From: a virus
IMG/VR virus record: IMGVR_UViG_3300050821_006672
Location: 45,476 to 109,475 of that record
Reading direction: 5' to 3' (one strand)
DNA: 64,000 nucleotides
Shown here: one piece after another, positions 11,038 to 20,708 of the stretch
How positions within the stretch are numbered: the first letter of the stretch is position 1
How the letters are laid out: every line of letters starts with the position of its first letter
Position numbers and translations under genes: made by a program
Notes under the pieces: generated by a model
Databases searched by the model: none
Told to the model about the DNA's origin: nothing
Seen by the model: the letters and a program-made list of their open reading frames with translations, nothing else

Positions 11038-11325
11038 ATGGCAGTCAACATCAAGTTTAGAGGCGTCAATCGCGCCGATGCCTTCGACGAACTGGCACAC
11101 GCGGATAACGTTCCTTCGGGTCTGCGCCAACTTGTTCACACTGCAATCGACCAGCTTCCCGAGTCTGAACTGGAAGTCGAGATTGCCTACGATAGAGACG
11201 ATAGCGGCGTGACGGCGAGTGTTGCTGTAAAAGTGCTGGGCCTTGCGCGACCGATGCCAGTGACTTTTACGCGTGATCAAGTGGTCGAACAGCGTAATCG
11301 AACCGGCACGATTATGAAGGGCTGA
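11038..11325 (+). CDS. Hypothetical protein
   Basis: GGAG RBS; tightly packed in the operon. Confidence 0.6.
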   Translation: MAVNIKFRGVNRADAFDELAHADNVPSGLRQLVHTAIDQLPESELEVEIAYDRDDSGVTASVAVKVLGLARPMPVTFTRDQVVEQRNRTGTIMKG

Positions 11326-11327
11326 CC

Positions 11328-11630
11328 GTGCCGGGGTTTAGCTTACAAGTGGGGTCAGGCGCACGTCGCCTGACCATCCATTGTCGTTATTGCGGGGCGA
11401 CGTTACCTTGTCCTCCTGAAGAAGCTGATTTGTGGGTTTGGATGAAAAAGGACGATGTAAAGGAATTCTATCGTTCTCACAGAGAGCATGCTGGCGTCTT
11501 TGCGGACAAGCTCGTCGGTGCTGAGATTGAGTTCGATGAGGATTTGGTTCCCAAGAAAAAAGAGGACTTACCACCTCTCATGAACTTACTGAGTCCTGAA
11601 GGCATGCAAGCTATCGCGGCGAATAAGTAA
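11328..11630 (+). CDS. Hypothetical protein (CxxC)
   Basis: Operon-packed; stop overlaps the next start. Confidence 0.55.
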   Translation: MPGFSLQVGSGARRLTIHCRYCGATLPCPPEEADLWVWMKKDDVKEFYRSHREHAGVFADKLVGAEIEFDEDLVPKKKEDLPPLMNLLSPEGMQAIAANK

Positions 11631-13711
11631 TGTTTGTTTTATCATCAACTCGCCAGATACCGCAAGATCATCCTCTGCCGCGGATGTTTGCTGGGGTGCA
11701 GGGGCCTAATGTCGCTCCGCCCCCACAGATTGGCTCGATTGTCCTTAAACAGGAATATCCAGAGCGTCTGAGCTCAACATTTGCGAGTGGTGTAGCTCCG
11801 GTGCCGGCAGTTGTGTTGATGAACGGCATATTTGTTGATGCCGAACAGCCTACTTTGTATACTTCAATACTCAATACTTTAGTAGTAAGCTCTGTAGTAC
11901 TATCACCAGTAGGAAAGTTGTTTACATCTCAGGAGCAACCTTTCCATCCGCTTCCACGCTTTAATCCAGCCGTTATCCCCGGCAATGTCGCAGCAATACC
12001 TCAGATAGGTCGGTTGGTAACAGTACAAGAACTGCCTGCTCAGCCTCCATCTATATTGGCGGTCGGTCCTCCCGCCCTACCTTCCTCTGTGTCCCCGGTT
12101 GGGGGAATACTTGTACGAGAGGCAGAAGTCGCTCCTCGACCCGTTCTGAGATTTGTGTTCGGCGTATTTCTGACGACGCCAACTCCACTAGTTACATCTC
12201 CTTTACTAGTAAAACAAGAACAGCCGATTCAGCCCACATCGTCGTTAGCGGCTAGTGGTTCGTTCGTTGCTCCGGCAATAATTCCGCCGGTATCTACTCT
12301 AGTATTGACATTGCAAGAGCGACCCATTCAATCCCCGTCGTTCGTTGCTCCAGGAAGATTCTTGGGCGCGGCTGCTATTACGTTGCCTAGTGTACTGCCA
12401 ATTCTGGTTAAGCAAGAATTTCAAGATCATCCAATTCCTAAGATATTTAGCGGTCTGCCCCCAGTACCAGCCTCAGTCCTGATGAATGGCGTATTCGTTG
12501 ATGCCGAGCAGCCTACTTTGTATACTCCAATAACTAATGCTGGAGTTCAAACGCCGGTTATTGCGACTTCTCTCAGTCCCGGTTTCGTTTTTGGTAAAGC
12601 AGAGGTTCCAACCTACTCGCAACTTGCGTTGGTGTTTGGTGTTCAGGGCCCAGATGTAGCACTTATTCCCTCTCCGCTGATTTCTGTCCAGGAACAACCA
12701 CCCCGCTCTTATTCGAACTTGGTATCTAGCACTATATTCTTACCTCCGATTACCCTACCACCGTTCCGCGCCCCTATTCTAACTGCGCAAGAGGGACCTT
12801 TCCATCCCGCACCTCAGATGCGAGCTAGCATTCAGGGGCCTAATGTCGCCGCTCCCCCGCAGATCGGTGAAATACTGATAACTCAGGAGCAACCTTGGCA
12901 TCCGTTGCCTTCGTTGCGAGCTATTCTGCCGCCCCCCATAGTCCCTGTAATAGGAACGCCAGAGACTAGGGTTATAGTAGTAAAACAAGAATTGCCGTCC
13001 CACCCTTACCCGCAAATGAAAGCGAGTATTCAAGGGCCGAATGTGGCCCAGCTGCCCTTGGTCGGCAGGATACAGATTACACAGGAATTGCCGTTCCATC
13101 CCGGTTCAATATTTACGTCTGCGGTAATTCCTGGCAACGTCGCCGCGCTTCCGCAGGTAGGGCGCTTGGTTACGGTGCAAGAGCTTCCTGACCATCCGAA
13201 ACCGTCTCTGCGAGCGCCCGCGCCGCCTTCGGTCGCTCTATTGCCTCAAGTAGGGGCAATAGTCACAACGCAGGAAATACCGTTCCATCCGTCCTCCAAG
13301 ATAAGTCCTGCTCTTATCCCGGGTAATGTTGCTGCGCTGCCCCAGGTAGGTCGGTTGGTAACAGTGCAGGAGTTACCATTCCACCCCAACTCGCAGTTCA
13401 ACCCAAGCGTATTCCCGCCGCCGCCTCCGGTATCGCCCGTCGGACGTACGATCGGTTCACAAGAGCAGCCATACCATCCGGGTCCGAGGTCTTGGTCTTA
13501 TCCGCCGACTTCAGTTCCCTTTACTGGAACCGGCGGTCAGTTGATGCCAGTGCAAGAATACCCGTACCATCCACCTTCAATGTTGTTCTTTACGGGATAC
13601 GATCCCGAGTTCGCATCTCCCGGTCCTAACTTTGCGCGGCTGCTATTCAACACTAAGATTCGCGTTCGTACCCTCGTCAATAAGACCCCGCGCACGATTA
13701 GGTACAACTGA
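11630..13711 (+). CDS. Proline-rich repeat protein (~20 QExPxHP-anchored repeats)
   Basis: Repeated QE(L/Q)P(F/x)HP...GPNVA/PGNVAALPQxG units of about 33-38 aa. Confidence 0.75.
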   Translation: MFVLSSTRQIPQDHPLPRMFAGVQGPNVAPPPQIGSIVLKQEYPERLSSTFASGVAPVPAVVLMNGIFVDAEQPTLYTSILNTLVVSSVVLSPVGKLFTSQEQPFHPLPRFNPAVIPGNVAAIPQIGRLVTVQELPAQPPSILAVGPPALPSSVSPVGGILVREAEVAPRPVLRFVFGVFLTTPTPLVTSPLLVKQEQPIQPTSSLAASGSFVAPAIIPPVSTLVLTLQERPIQSPSFVAPGRFLGAAAITLPSVLPILVKQEFQDHPIPKIFSGLPPVPASVLMNGVFVDAEQPTLYTPITNAGVQTPVIATSLSPGFVFGKAEVPTYSQLALVFGVQGPDVALIPSPLISVQEQPPRSYSNLVSSTIFLPPITLPPFRAPILTAQEGPFHPAPQMRASIQGPNVAAPPQIGEILITQEQPWHPLPSLRAILPPPIVPVIGTPETRVIVVKQELPSHPYPQMKASIQGPNVAQLPLVGRIQITQELPFHPGSIFTSAVIPGNVAALPQVGRLVTVQELPDHPKPSLRAPAPPSVALLPQVGAIVTTQEIPFHPSSKISPALIPGNVAALPQVGRLVTVQELPFHPNSQFNPSVFPPPPPVSPVGRTIGSQEQPYHPGPRSWSYPPTSVPFTGTGGQLMPVQEYPYHPPSMLFFTGYDPEFASPGPNFARLLFNTKIRVRTLVNKTPRTIRYN

Positions 13712-14022
13712 TGTACTGCGGTCAGGATTGGGACCCGATCGACGCCAACGAGACGGATGTGTTCTCGATGGATTTTCGTAACGACGTTAATCCCGGTGAG
13801 GGCATAGTCTCGGCGAGCTGGTCCATTGGTGTCAGCTACGGTAACGATCCCGTGCCTGCTATGCGCCTAGTAGGTAATCCCGGTGTATTAGGTACGATCA
13901 CGTCCCAAACGCTGACTACGGCACAGTCTGGCGTCATTTACTGGTTGGCTGCACTTATAGTTACGACTACGGGCCGCAAGCTTGAGTTGTGGGGGCATGT
14001 TCCCTGCGTTATTCCGATGTGA
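13711..14022 (+). CDS. Putative fibre adaptor-like small virion protein
   Basis: DPIDANETDVFSMDFRND...IVSASW pattern typical of small phage adaptor proteins; ends the fibre-like gene block. Confidence 0.55.
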   Translation: MYCGQDWDPIDANETDVFSMDFRNDVNPGEGIVSASWSIGVSYGNDPVPAMRLVGNPGVLGTITSQTLTTAQSGVIYWLAALIVTTTGRKLELWGHVPCVIPM

Positions 14023-14032
14023 GGTGAGACAT

Positions 14033-14332
14033 ATGGAAGCCCTAATGCCAAAGATGCGGCCCAATCAGAAATTGATCGAGGCGCTTAAGACGATGCTTGC
14101 GAAAGCGCAGTTGGGTGAGATTACTGACGGCGTTTTGCTTGGAAAAGGCTATGCCGATCCTGGCGGCCAGGAACCTTGGTTTCATCATTTTTCTATTGAG
14201 CGCGACGAGGACGTTGTGACGTTCGTTGGTGAATTGGATATATTCAAGGATGTGATGAAAGCGAATGTTCACAATACTCGCAATCGCGCTGCTGGCGTCG
14301 GCCGTATCAAGTCGATTGGTGGTTTGTCATGA
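14033..14332 (+). CDS. Hypothetical protein
   Basis: ATG follows a GAGGTGAG RBS, within ORF 13982..14332. Confidence 0.55.
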   Translation: MEALMPKMRPNQKLIEALKTMLAKAQLGEITDGVLLGKGYADPGGQEPWFHHFSIERDEDVVTFVGELDIFKDVMKANVHNTRNRAAGVGRIKSIGGLS

Positions 14333-14529
14333 ACGAACCCGAGGAATATCTGCTTCAGTTCTTTGCTTACAGCCATCTTAAGCCTGAACTACAAGAGTTC
14401 AGCAAGCCATTTGGGGAACTTGCAAGCTCGCTTGTTGTAATGCTCCCCCGCAATCCCGAGCGAACGACAGCGCTTCGCAAGCTGCTAGAGGCCAAGGACT
14501 GCGCAGTTCGGGCTAAATTGTATAAGTAA
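14329..14529 (+). CDS. Small helical-hairpin protein, possibly Acb2/Tad1-like
   Basis: QFFAYSHL...SKPFGELA...PERTTALRKLLEAKDCAVRA, a recurrent phage family; the function is inferred. Confidence 0.55.
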   Translation: MNEPEEYLLQFFAYSHLKPELQEFSKPFGELASSLVVMLPRNPERTTALRKLLEAKDCAVRAKLYK

Positions 14530-17500
14530 TGCAACCTGCTTTAAGTACCCTCCCCAACTCTGGTCTTCCACTTGCTAGGAAGCCTGTGGAAGACCAGCTT
14601 GTTCGCGCGGCGGGACTTATGGTCGTAACGCCGAACGGCGAGGCGCTATTTCTGCGATATGCGCCCGACCACGATCACAGCGGCGAGTGGGCTTGGCCGG
14701 CAGGAGGGCTAGAAGGCGATGAGGAAGCACGTGACGCAGCGGTCCGGGAAACCCGTGAAGAAACCGGGTGGATACCAAATGAAGAAATCAAGGAAGTCGA
14801 TAGCTCTCAAGACGAGATCGATTTTACGACGTTTGCGACAACTACAGGCAACCAGTTCATCCCTGAATTGAGCAGCGAACACGATAGCTGGTGCTGGGCG
14901 CCTCTTACTAACCCTCCTGAGCCTTTGCACCCCGGCGTAAAGCAGCTGTTGGCTAACGATCAGGCGCCTATTGCTCATCCCGCCGCTGCAAACATTGCCT
15001 CGCGCTCCGAACTTAATTCTATTGGACCACCTTCTAAGCAGCCCAAAGAGACGCGCGCCATCAACGTCGCTTACGCGCATGGCGGGACTACTGGGCCCGA
15101 AGCTAAGCAGTCGTCTCAGGCAAATCGCTACATAGACTCCGGTGGCTTGACGGAACACGACCGCGAGCGAACAGGAAAGAGCAAAGCCGTGTTGGGGAAA
15201 GATGCAGTGAAGAAGGAAGCGAGCAAGGGCCGTTTCTTTGATAGTGCGAGCGATGCTGGCGTTATTAACTACAAAGGCTATGAGATTCGTGCCGTACCTG
15301 GTGGCGATTTTCGTGTCTACAAAAACGGACGCGAAAAAAAGAATATGTACAGCCTTTCATTAGCTGATGCTAAGCAAGGCATTGATTTTGTTGCTGGCGT
15401 CGAGAACGTAGAGCGAGAAGAGGGGCCGCTTCAACGAAACAAACTTAGCAGAGACGCCGAATACGTCGAAAAGCCTCATATTGGCCGCCTTCCGCCTCGC
15501 GAAGCTGAGCGATTGTCGCGGGATGCGGCTGAGGATGCCTCACAGCAAGTCGAGGCTTACAAGAAAGCTTTGCATGAGGGGAAAATTACTCGAAAGGAAT
15601 TCGACGGTTTTATGGAAGCTCTCGGCGAGAAAAATCTGAGTGAGCAGCACAAGGAAGCTTTCAAGAATCGTCCTGCCAAAGACGCTGAGGACTACCGCTC
15701 TGAGCGAGGTTTTGTCGCTAAGCTTACCGACGAAAAGGGCAGCACAATTGAAACCTCGCCGCTAATGATTTCGCGTAATAGTGCGCAGCGATGGCTCGAC
15801 GAAAAGGCAGCAAAGTTGAAGCGCCTCGGCCGCGCGGTGCAAGGTACTATCCGCGAAAGTTTTATGGACCCTGCTTACATTAATGCCGACTCGATTGCCT
15901 TCGATGAAGGTTCTGTCCGCACTACCGACCCAGACGGCCGCCTTCACGTCTCGACTACCAACATCTCCAAAGCAGTAGTCAATCCTTACAAGGGCAGTGA
16001 AATACCGGATTATGAGAAGCTCGGCTTAGAGCCCGACAAAATTTATCACCTGTATCGCGATCCGGACGAGTTAGCGAAAGCGGCCCCGACGTTCAATAAT
16101 CTCCCCCTGCTCAAGCAGCATGTCCCTATTACTGCGGACACCCACAAGCCTGAGCTTGTATTAGGCTCGACGGGGACAGACGCTTCTTTCGAACATCCTT
16201 TCCTTAAGAATAGCCTGGTTCTGTGGAGTAAGGACGGTATTGACGATGTTACGTCCAATAAGAAAAAAGAACTGTCGTCGGCATATCGTTACATAGCAGA
16301 TATGACGCCTGGTACTTGGGAAGACCCAGAGACCGGCGAGCAGAAACCCTTTGATGGAATAATGAGGAATATCGTGGGCAATCACGTCGCCCTCGTAAAG
16401 GAGGGTCGTGCGGGTCACGACGTAGTTGTAGGAGACAGTGCAGCCGGATTGGTGGCCGGACGTAAACGAAAGAGGCGGGTCATGAGCACTATGACAAAAA
16501 CGGCCGCCAATACGGTACTCGTTCTGAGTTCGTACATTCGGCCCAAACTGGCCCAGGATCAGAAGGTGAATCTGCTTCCTGTGGTTGAGGGCCTGACGGC
16601 CAAAAACTTTGATGAGCGTCGTTCCGGTATTATCCGCGAGGTCCGGAAATTGACGAAAGGAAAGCTCGCGAACGACGCTTCGATTGGTGAGATCGCAGAA
16701 GTACTCGATTTGCTCGAAGCCCACCCCGATACTGGCGAGGACGCGCCTGTTACGGATGTACAGGAGGCAATGATGTCAGAAATGACGGATGTGCCTGGCG
16801 CCTCTAACGTTAGTGGTCAGGGCAGTCCAGGCGGCGACCGGCGCGCGCGTGATACTCGTCGTGCTCGCGATACTTACGATCGTAAAGCACGGGATCGGAA
16901 AGCGCGAGATGCTTTCCCCCCTCCACAGGACCGGGAAGATGATCGCGATCAGGAAGGCGAAGATCGTCGCGCGCGCGATGCTGATCCTACTGCCGCAGTC
17001 GAGTCCTTCTTGAAGGACAAGGTTAGCGGCTCCGATCTCCAGCACGTCTGCAATCTCATGCGCGGGGGCGCTACTCAAGACGATACGCTTTCGGATGGGG
17101 GTGACACTGAGCCCCATGCCGAGGGCGAAGAGGTTCTCGAGGAGCTAGGCGCTTCGCATGGTGCAGAGGACAATCCCGATGATGTACCGGATCGCAGCGA
17201 TATTGATCGCTCTCGCGAATGGCACGTCGGCGAGGGCGAGGAACCTGGTGCTGGTCATTCCGGCAAGACGGTTCAGGACCGCAACGCTTACGACAAACGC
17301 GGCGCGAAGGATCGCCGCGCAAAGGATCGCAAACGGGCTCACGACGAGCCGCCTCCGTTCAAGGGAATGCCGAAAGTGGGTGAAGGTCCCGATAAGCGAG
17401 CCATGGATACCGCAGTAAAGATTGCGGTCGAACAGGCTACCAACAATCAGCGCGAAATCCGCAAGGCCGAGCGCGATGTGCGTCCGTGGGTTGGTGAGCT

Positions 17501-17732
17501 CGCGATGGACGAGGCCAAGTGCCCCGAAGATGTCTACGCCGCTGCTCTCAAGGCGCGTAACATCAAGATCGATGGAGTTCATCCGTCGGCTTACTCTGTC
17601 ATCCTCAAAAACCTTCCGCTGCCGGGTCAGGGCGCAACTCGTAGTTCGTCGCCGCGTGTGGCTATGGATGCCGCAACTCGTGCTTCGTTCAACGATCGCT
17701 TCCCGAACGTTGGCCGGATTGGCCTGTTGTAA
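14529..17732 (+). CDS. Prohead protease (DUF2213) / scaffold polyprotein with N-terminal NUDIX hydrolase
   Basis: Nudix box [22 protein letters not shown]; DUF2213 motifs [24 protein letters not shown] and [12 protein letters not shown]; charged scaffold-like C-terminus. Confidence 0.88.
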   Translation: MQPALSTLPNSGLPLARKPVEDQLVRAAGLMVVTPNGEALFLRYAPDHDHSGEWAWPAGGLEGDEEARDAAVRETREETGWIPNEEIKEVDSSQDEIDFTTFATTTGNQFIPELSSEHDSWCWAPLTNPPEPLHPGVKQLLANDQAPIAHPAAANIASRSELNSIGPPSKQPKETRAINVAYAHGGTTGPEAKQSSQANRYIDSGGLTEHDRERTGKSKAVLGKDAVKKEASKGRFFDSASDAGVINYKGYEIRAVPGGDFRVYKNGREKKNMYSLSLADAKQGIDFVAGVENVEREEGPLQRNKLSRDAEYVEKPHIGRLPPREAERLSRDAAEDASQQVEAYKKALHEGKITRKEFDGFMEALGEKNLSEQHKEAFKNRPAKDAEDYRSERGFVAKLTDEKGSTIETSPLMISRNSAQRWLDEKAAKLKRLGRAVQGTIRESFMDPAYINADSIAFDEGSVRTTDPDGRLHVSTTNISKAVVNPYKGSEIPDYEKLGLEPDKIYHLYRDPDELAKAAPTFNNLPLLKQHVPITADTHKPELVLGSTGTDASFEHPFLKNSLVLWSKDGIDDVTSNKKKELSSAYRYIADMTPGTWEDPETGEQKPFDGIMRNIVGNHVALVKEGRAGHDVVVGDSAAGLVAGRKRKRRVMSTMTKTAANTVLVLSSYIRPKLAQDQKVNLLPVVEGLTAKNFDERRSGIIREVRKLTKGKLANDASIGEIAEVLDLLEAHPDTGEDAPVTDVQEAMMSEMTDVPGASNVSGQGSPGGDRRARDTRRARDTYDRKARDRKARDAFPPPQDREDDRDQEGEDRRARDADPTAAVESFLKDKVSGSDLQHVCNLMRGGATQDDTLSDGGDTEPHAEGEEVLEELGASHGAEDNPDDVPDRSDIDRSREWHVGEGEEPGAGHSGKTVQDRNAYDKRGAKDRRAKDRKRAHDEPPPFKGMPKVGEGPDKRAMDTAVKIAVEQATNNQREIRKAERDVRPWVGELAMDEAKCPEDVYAAALKARNIKIDGVHPSAYSVILKNLPLPGQGATRSSSPRVAMDAATRASFNDRFPNVGRIGLL

Positions 17733-17746
17733 AGGAGGGCCAAACC

Positions 17747-18742
17747 ATGCCTGATTTCCCCAACCAAGTTAACACTGTTCCGGCTCCGGCCGTAGAGGGC
17801 GACTTTGCCGACACCAATCCGCGGTTCACGGCTGCGGCTGGTCCTGGCGGACTGGTCGCGGGTCCTAGTGGCGTTACCATCGGTCGTTTCTGCTGGTTCT
17901 TCGGTAGCACTTTCGACCCCGATCAAACGCCTCAGCAGGTCACGAACACTTTGCAAGGTGTTCAGCCGTTTGGTGGTACCAATGCGACGGCTCAGACTAA
18001 CGTCGTGGGTCTCGTGGGACGCGCTCAGCAGGGCCTGATCACTACCTACCTGACGGCCTCGGGAATGCTCATTCCTGCTGGCTTCCCGGTCACGGTGTTC
18101 AGCGGTGGCGATTTCTTCGTTAAGAATACTGGCACGGGTGCGGCTATCCTTGGAATGAAGGCTTACGCCAACTTCTCCAATGGTGCCGTTACGTTCGCTG
18201 CGACGGGTTCTCCCACAACCGGCTCTTGCACCGGCTCTATCGGCCCGCAGACGGTCTCGTTCACGGGCTCGATCGCCGGTAACGTGCTGACGGTCTCAGC
18301 CGTTTCGTCGGGCACGCTCGTCGCAGGCGCCGTCCTTTCCGGCGGCACAGGTATCGTAACGAACACTACGATCGTCTCGCAGATTTCGGGAACGACGGGA
18401 GGTGTTGGAAGCTACGCCGTCAACATTCCCGAGCAGACGGTGGCTTCAGCGGGTCTTACAGGCTCCTACGGCCTCCTGACGGTCGCTACGATGACCTCGG
18501 GCACCCTTGGGGTAGGCGATACCCTGACAGGTACGGGTGGTGGCGGTGTCACTGCGGGCACGTACATCTCGCAACTCGGGACGGGTACCGGCGGGGCTGG
18601 CACCTACTACGTCTCGCCGACACAGACTGTGTCTGTGGGCACGGTAATTACGTTCGCGTTGAACGTTGAAACTAAATGGTACGCCATGAGTGGTGGTCTG
18701 GCGAATGAACTTGTAAAAATCAGCTCGCACCCGTTGGGCTGA
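17747..18742 (+). CDS. Capsid decoration/cement protein with two inserted Gly/Thr-rich modules
   Basis: [23 protein letters not shown]...GVTIGRFCW and C-terminal ETKWY...ELVKIS; lies between protease and major capsid. Confidence 0.8.
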   Translation: MPDFPNQVNTVPAPAVEGDFADTNPRFTAAAGPGGLVAGPSGVTIGRFCWFFGSTFDPDQTPQQVTNTLQGVQPFGGTNATAQTNVVGLVGRAQQGLITTYLTASGMLIPAGFPVTVFSGGDFFVKNTGTGAAILGMKAYANFSNGAVTFAATGSPTTGSCTGSIGPQTVSFTGSIAGNVLTVSAVSSGTLVAGAVLSGGTGIVTNTTIVSQISGTTGGVGSYAVNIPEQTVASAGLTGSYGLLTVATMTSGTLGVGDTLTGTGGGGVTAGTYISQLGTGTGGAGTYYVSPTQTVSVGTVITFALNVETKWYAMSGGLANELVKISSHPLG

Positions 18743-18759
18743 GGCCAGGAGAAACCACT

Positions 18760-19878
18760 ATGAACTTCCAAGAAGCTCGTGCAGCTTGGCTGGCCGACGC
18801 GCCTGAGTTTGCGGCTCGCGGTGTAAGCCTTCCTAACGTCCTCGCCTATCTGCCGGAAGAGTTCAAGCGGGATGAACATCTCGCCATGGACGCGATGATG
18901 CAGATCGGTATGGACGCGCAACCTACATTGACGACCGCGGTCAACTCCGCGGTCCCGGCGTTCCTCACTACGATGATCGACCCTGCGGTATTCAAAATCC
19001 TGTTTGCGCCAAACAGGGCAGCGATCATTATGGGCGAGGTCCGAAAAGGAACGTGGCTGGATGAAACAATCATGTTCCCCACCATCGAGTATACAGGTGA
19101 GGTCTCATCCTACGGTGACTTTGCCGACTCGGGTCGTGCTGGCGTCAACACCAACTGGCCCCAGCGGCAGGCCTACCTGTTCCAGACTATCAAGCAGTAC
19201 GGTGATCGCGAACTGGAGCGTGCTGGTCTCGCAAAGATCAACTACGTCTCCGAGATCGATCAGTCCGCTGCTTTGGCACTGAATAAGTTCAGCAACTTCT
19301 GCTACTTCTTCGGCGTTGGGAATGGTTTGCAGAACTACGGTCTGATCAACGATCCCAACCTGACGGCTTCGCTTACGCCTGCAACCAAGGCTGCTGGTGG
19401 TACCAAGTGGATTACAACTGGCGGCGTCATGAATGCGACGGCCAACGAGGTCTACGCGGATATTCAGGCGATGTACTACCAGCTTATCCAGCAGACTGCG
19501 GGTCTCGTCGAGGCCGACAGCAAACTGGTGTTGGCGATGTCGCCTGGATCGGAGGTCGCGTTGACGATTACCAACAGCTTCAACGTCAACGTGTTTGATC
19601 TTCTCAAGAAGAACTTCCCGAACATTCGCTTCGAGACGGCGGTTCAGTACGGTGTTACGACTACCGCCAACTCTCAGGGCAATGCGGCGGGCAACATCGT
19701 CCAGCTTATCGCTGAGGAGATCGAAGGCCAGCAAACCGGCTACTGCGCGTTCAACGAGAAGATGCATGCACAACCGATCGTGCGCTTGCTATCGTCCTTC
19801 CGGCAGAAGGTGTTGGCTGGTGTTTGGGGCACAGTGATTCGGCAGCCTCTAGGAATCGTAAACATGCTGGGTGTGTGA
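18760..19878 (+). CDS. Major capsid protein (DUF2184 family)
   Basis: 372 aa; MDAQP, KGTWLDET, TGEVSSYGD, QYGDRELERAG and NYGLINDPNL motifs; strong RBS. Confidence 0.92.
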   Translation: MNFQEARAAWLADAPEFAARGVSLPNVLAYLPEEFKRDEHLAMDAMMQIGMDAQPTLTTAVNSAVPAFLTTMIDPAVFKILFAPNRAAIIMGEVRKGTWLDETIMFPTIEYTGEVSSYGDFADSGRAGVNTNWPQRQAYLFQTIKQYGDRELERAGLAKINYVSEIDQSAALALNKFSNFCYFFGVGNGLQNYGLINDPNLTASLTPATKAAGGTKWITTGGVMNATANEVYADIQAMYYQLIQQTAGLVEADSKLVLAMSPGSEVALTITNSFNVNVFDLLKKNFPNIRFETAVQYGVTTTANSQGNAAGNIVQLIAEEIEGQQTGYCAFNEKMHAQPIVRLLSSFRQKVLAGVWGTVIRQPLGIVNMLGV

Positions 19879-19879
19879 A

Positions 19880-19994
19880 TTCTTGCGGCGGCGTTGAAAG
19901 CAGAAACGCCCCCATCACCAACTACGATGGGAGAAGACGCGCCCGAAAGGGAATATGCAAATCTTTAGTCGGAGTAGCGCCCGGCCCGCAAGAA
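19880..19994 (+). ncRNA. Candidate multi-stem structured RNA directly after the major capsid stop
   Basis: Closing stem TTCTTGCGG/CCGCAAGAA encloses four hairpins: GGCGTT/AACGCC, CCCATC/GATGGG, CCC-GAAA-GGG and GTCGG/CCGGC. Confidence 0.6.
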
Positions 19995-20013
19995 CTTTTA
20001 AGAGGAGTAAATC

Positions 20014-20538
20014 ATGGTAGCGCGTGTAAGTGCGAAGAGGCAAGAACCAATCGAGGACCGGGTCAAGCCAGTCCCGCAGCCTGCGTCAGGTACTGAAACG
20101 GTAGTCATTGGCTGCAAACTGCCCAACGGCATCATGTTGCGTCAGTTCCGCATGGTGAAGAAGACCCGCAATATCGGCGGCCACTACTTTGATGAGCAAA
20201 TGGCTGAGGATACGGGCCGACGTTTTACTGTCCGGGGGCCAGCCGTACCTTTTGGCCAAATTCCCAACATCCAGATTGTCGGGGGTTACGCCTTGACCCC
20301 CGGCGTTCCCCAAGACTTGGCTGAAATCTGGTTCGATCAGAACAAGGATGCCGATTGCGTCGTCAATCAGCTTATGTTCTGGGAAAGTGACGTGGATCGC
20401 GCTGCGGCTCGCGCTCGTGAACTCAATGCAGTCAGGTCGGGCCTAGAGCCGGTCGATCCCAATAAGACTATTCCTGGTTTGGGAAAAGTCACTAAGGCCG
20501 ATTTGAGCGATAAGGATATGGGTCTTGCGAACAGCTAA
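20014..20538 (+). CDS. Conserved hypothetical head-module protein
   Basis: VIGCKLPNG, GGYALTPGV and SGLEPVDP motifs; syntenic between capsid and DUF4054 in this phage type. Confidence 0.75.
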   Translation: MVARVSAKRQEPIEDRVKPVPQPASGTETVVIGCKLPNGIMLRQFRMVKKTRNIGGHYFDEQMAEDTGRRFTVRGPAVPFGQIPNIQIVGGYALTPGVPQDLAEIWFDQNKDADCVVNQLMFWESDVDRAAARARELNAVRSGLEPVDPNKTIPGLGKVTKADLSDKDMGLANS

Positions 20539-20556
20539 CCGCACGCGTATGATTAG
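20525..20556 (+). promoter_or_regulatory. Sigma70-like promoter TTGCGA-17-TATGAT (GCGTATGATTAG motif)
   Basis: -35 at 20525-20530, -10 at 20548-20553; the motif recurs elsewhere in the window. Confidence 0.65.
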
Positions 20557-20562
20557 GTTGTA

Positions 20563-20698
20563 GCGGGTTCAAGGTGTAATAGCTTTGTACTAATGTGGTG
20601 TCCGGCGATGTCGGAGTTAACACTGACAAAAGTCTTGGTGTGCCCAACGGCAGGAATTGCAAACGGTTCGCCCATGCAAAACCTAACCAAGAGCCCGC
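20563..20698 (+). ncRNA. Candidate structured RNA or 5' leader
   Basis: Closing stem GCGGGTTC/GAGCCCGC with internal pairings TCCGGC/GTCGGA, CTTGGT/ACCAAG and TTGCA/TGCAA; starts just after the promoter. Confidence 0.4.
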
Positions 20699-20708
20699 GA
20701 GGATTTAG

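Noticed and set aside
11630-13711. Diversity-generating retroelement template/variable repeats
   Set aside because: Differences between repeats are not adenine-specific and there is no reverse transcriptase; these are coding tandem repeats.
19105-19773. Long antisense ORFs such as 19105..19773 and 16161..16724
   Set aside because: Shadow frames of strongly codon-biased capsid and protease genes, with no recognisable motifs.
19880-19994. tRNA gene
   Set aside because: It has an extra arm, and lacks a TTCRA T-loop, a 7-nt anticodon loop and CCA; kept only as a candidate ncRNA.
20610-20660. Twister ribozyme (TAACACTG resemblance)
   Set aside because: I could not identify the remaining conserved core or the pseudoknot pairings.
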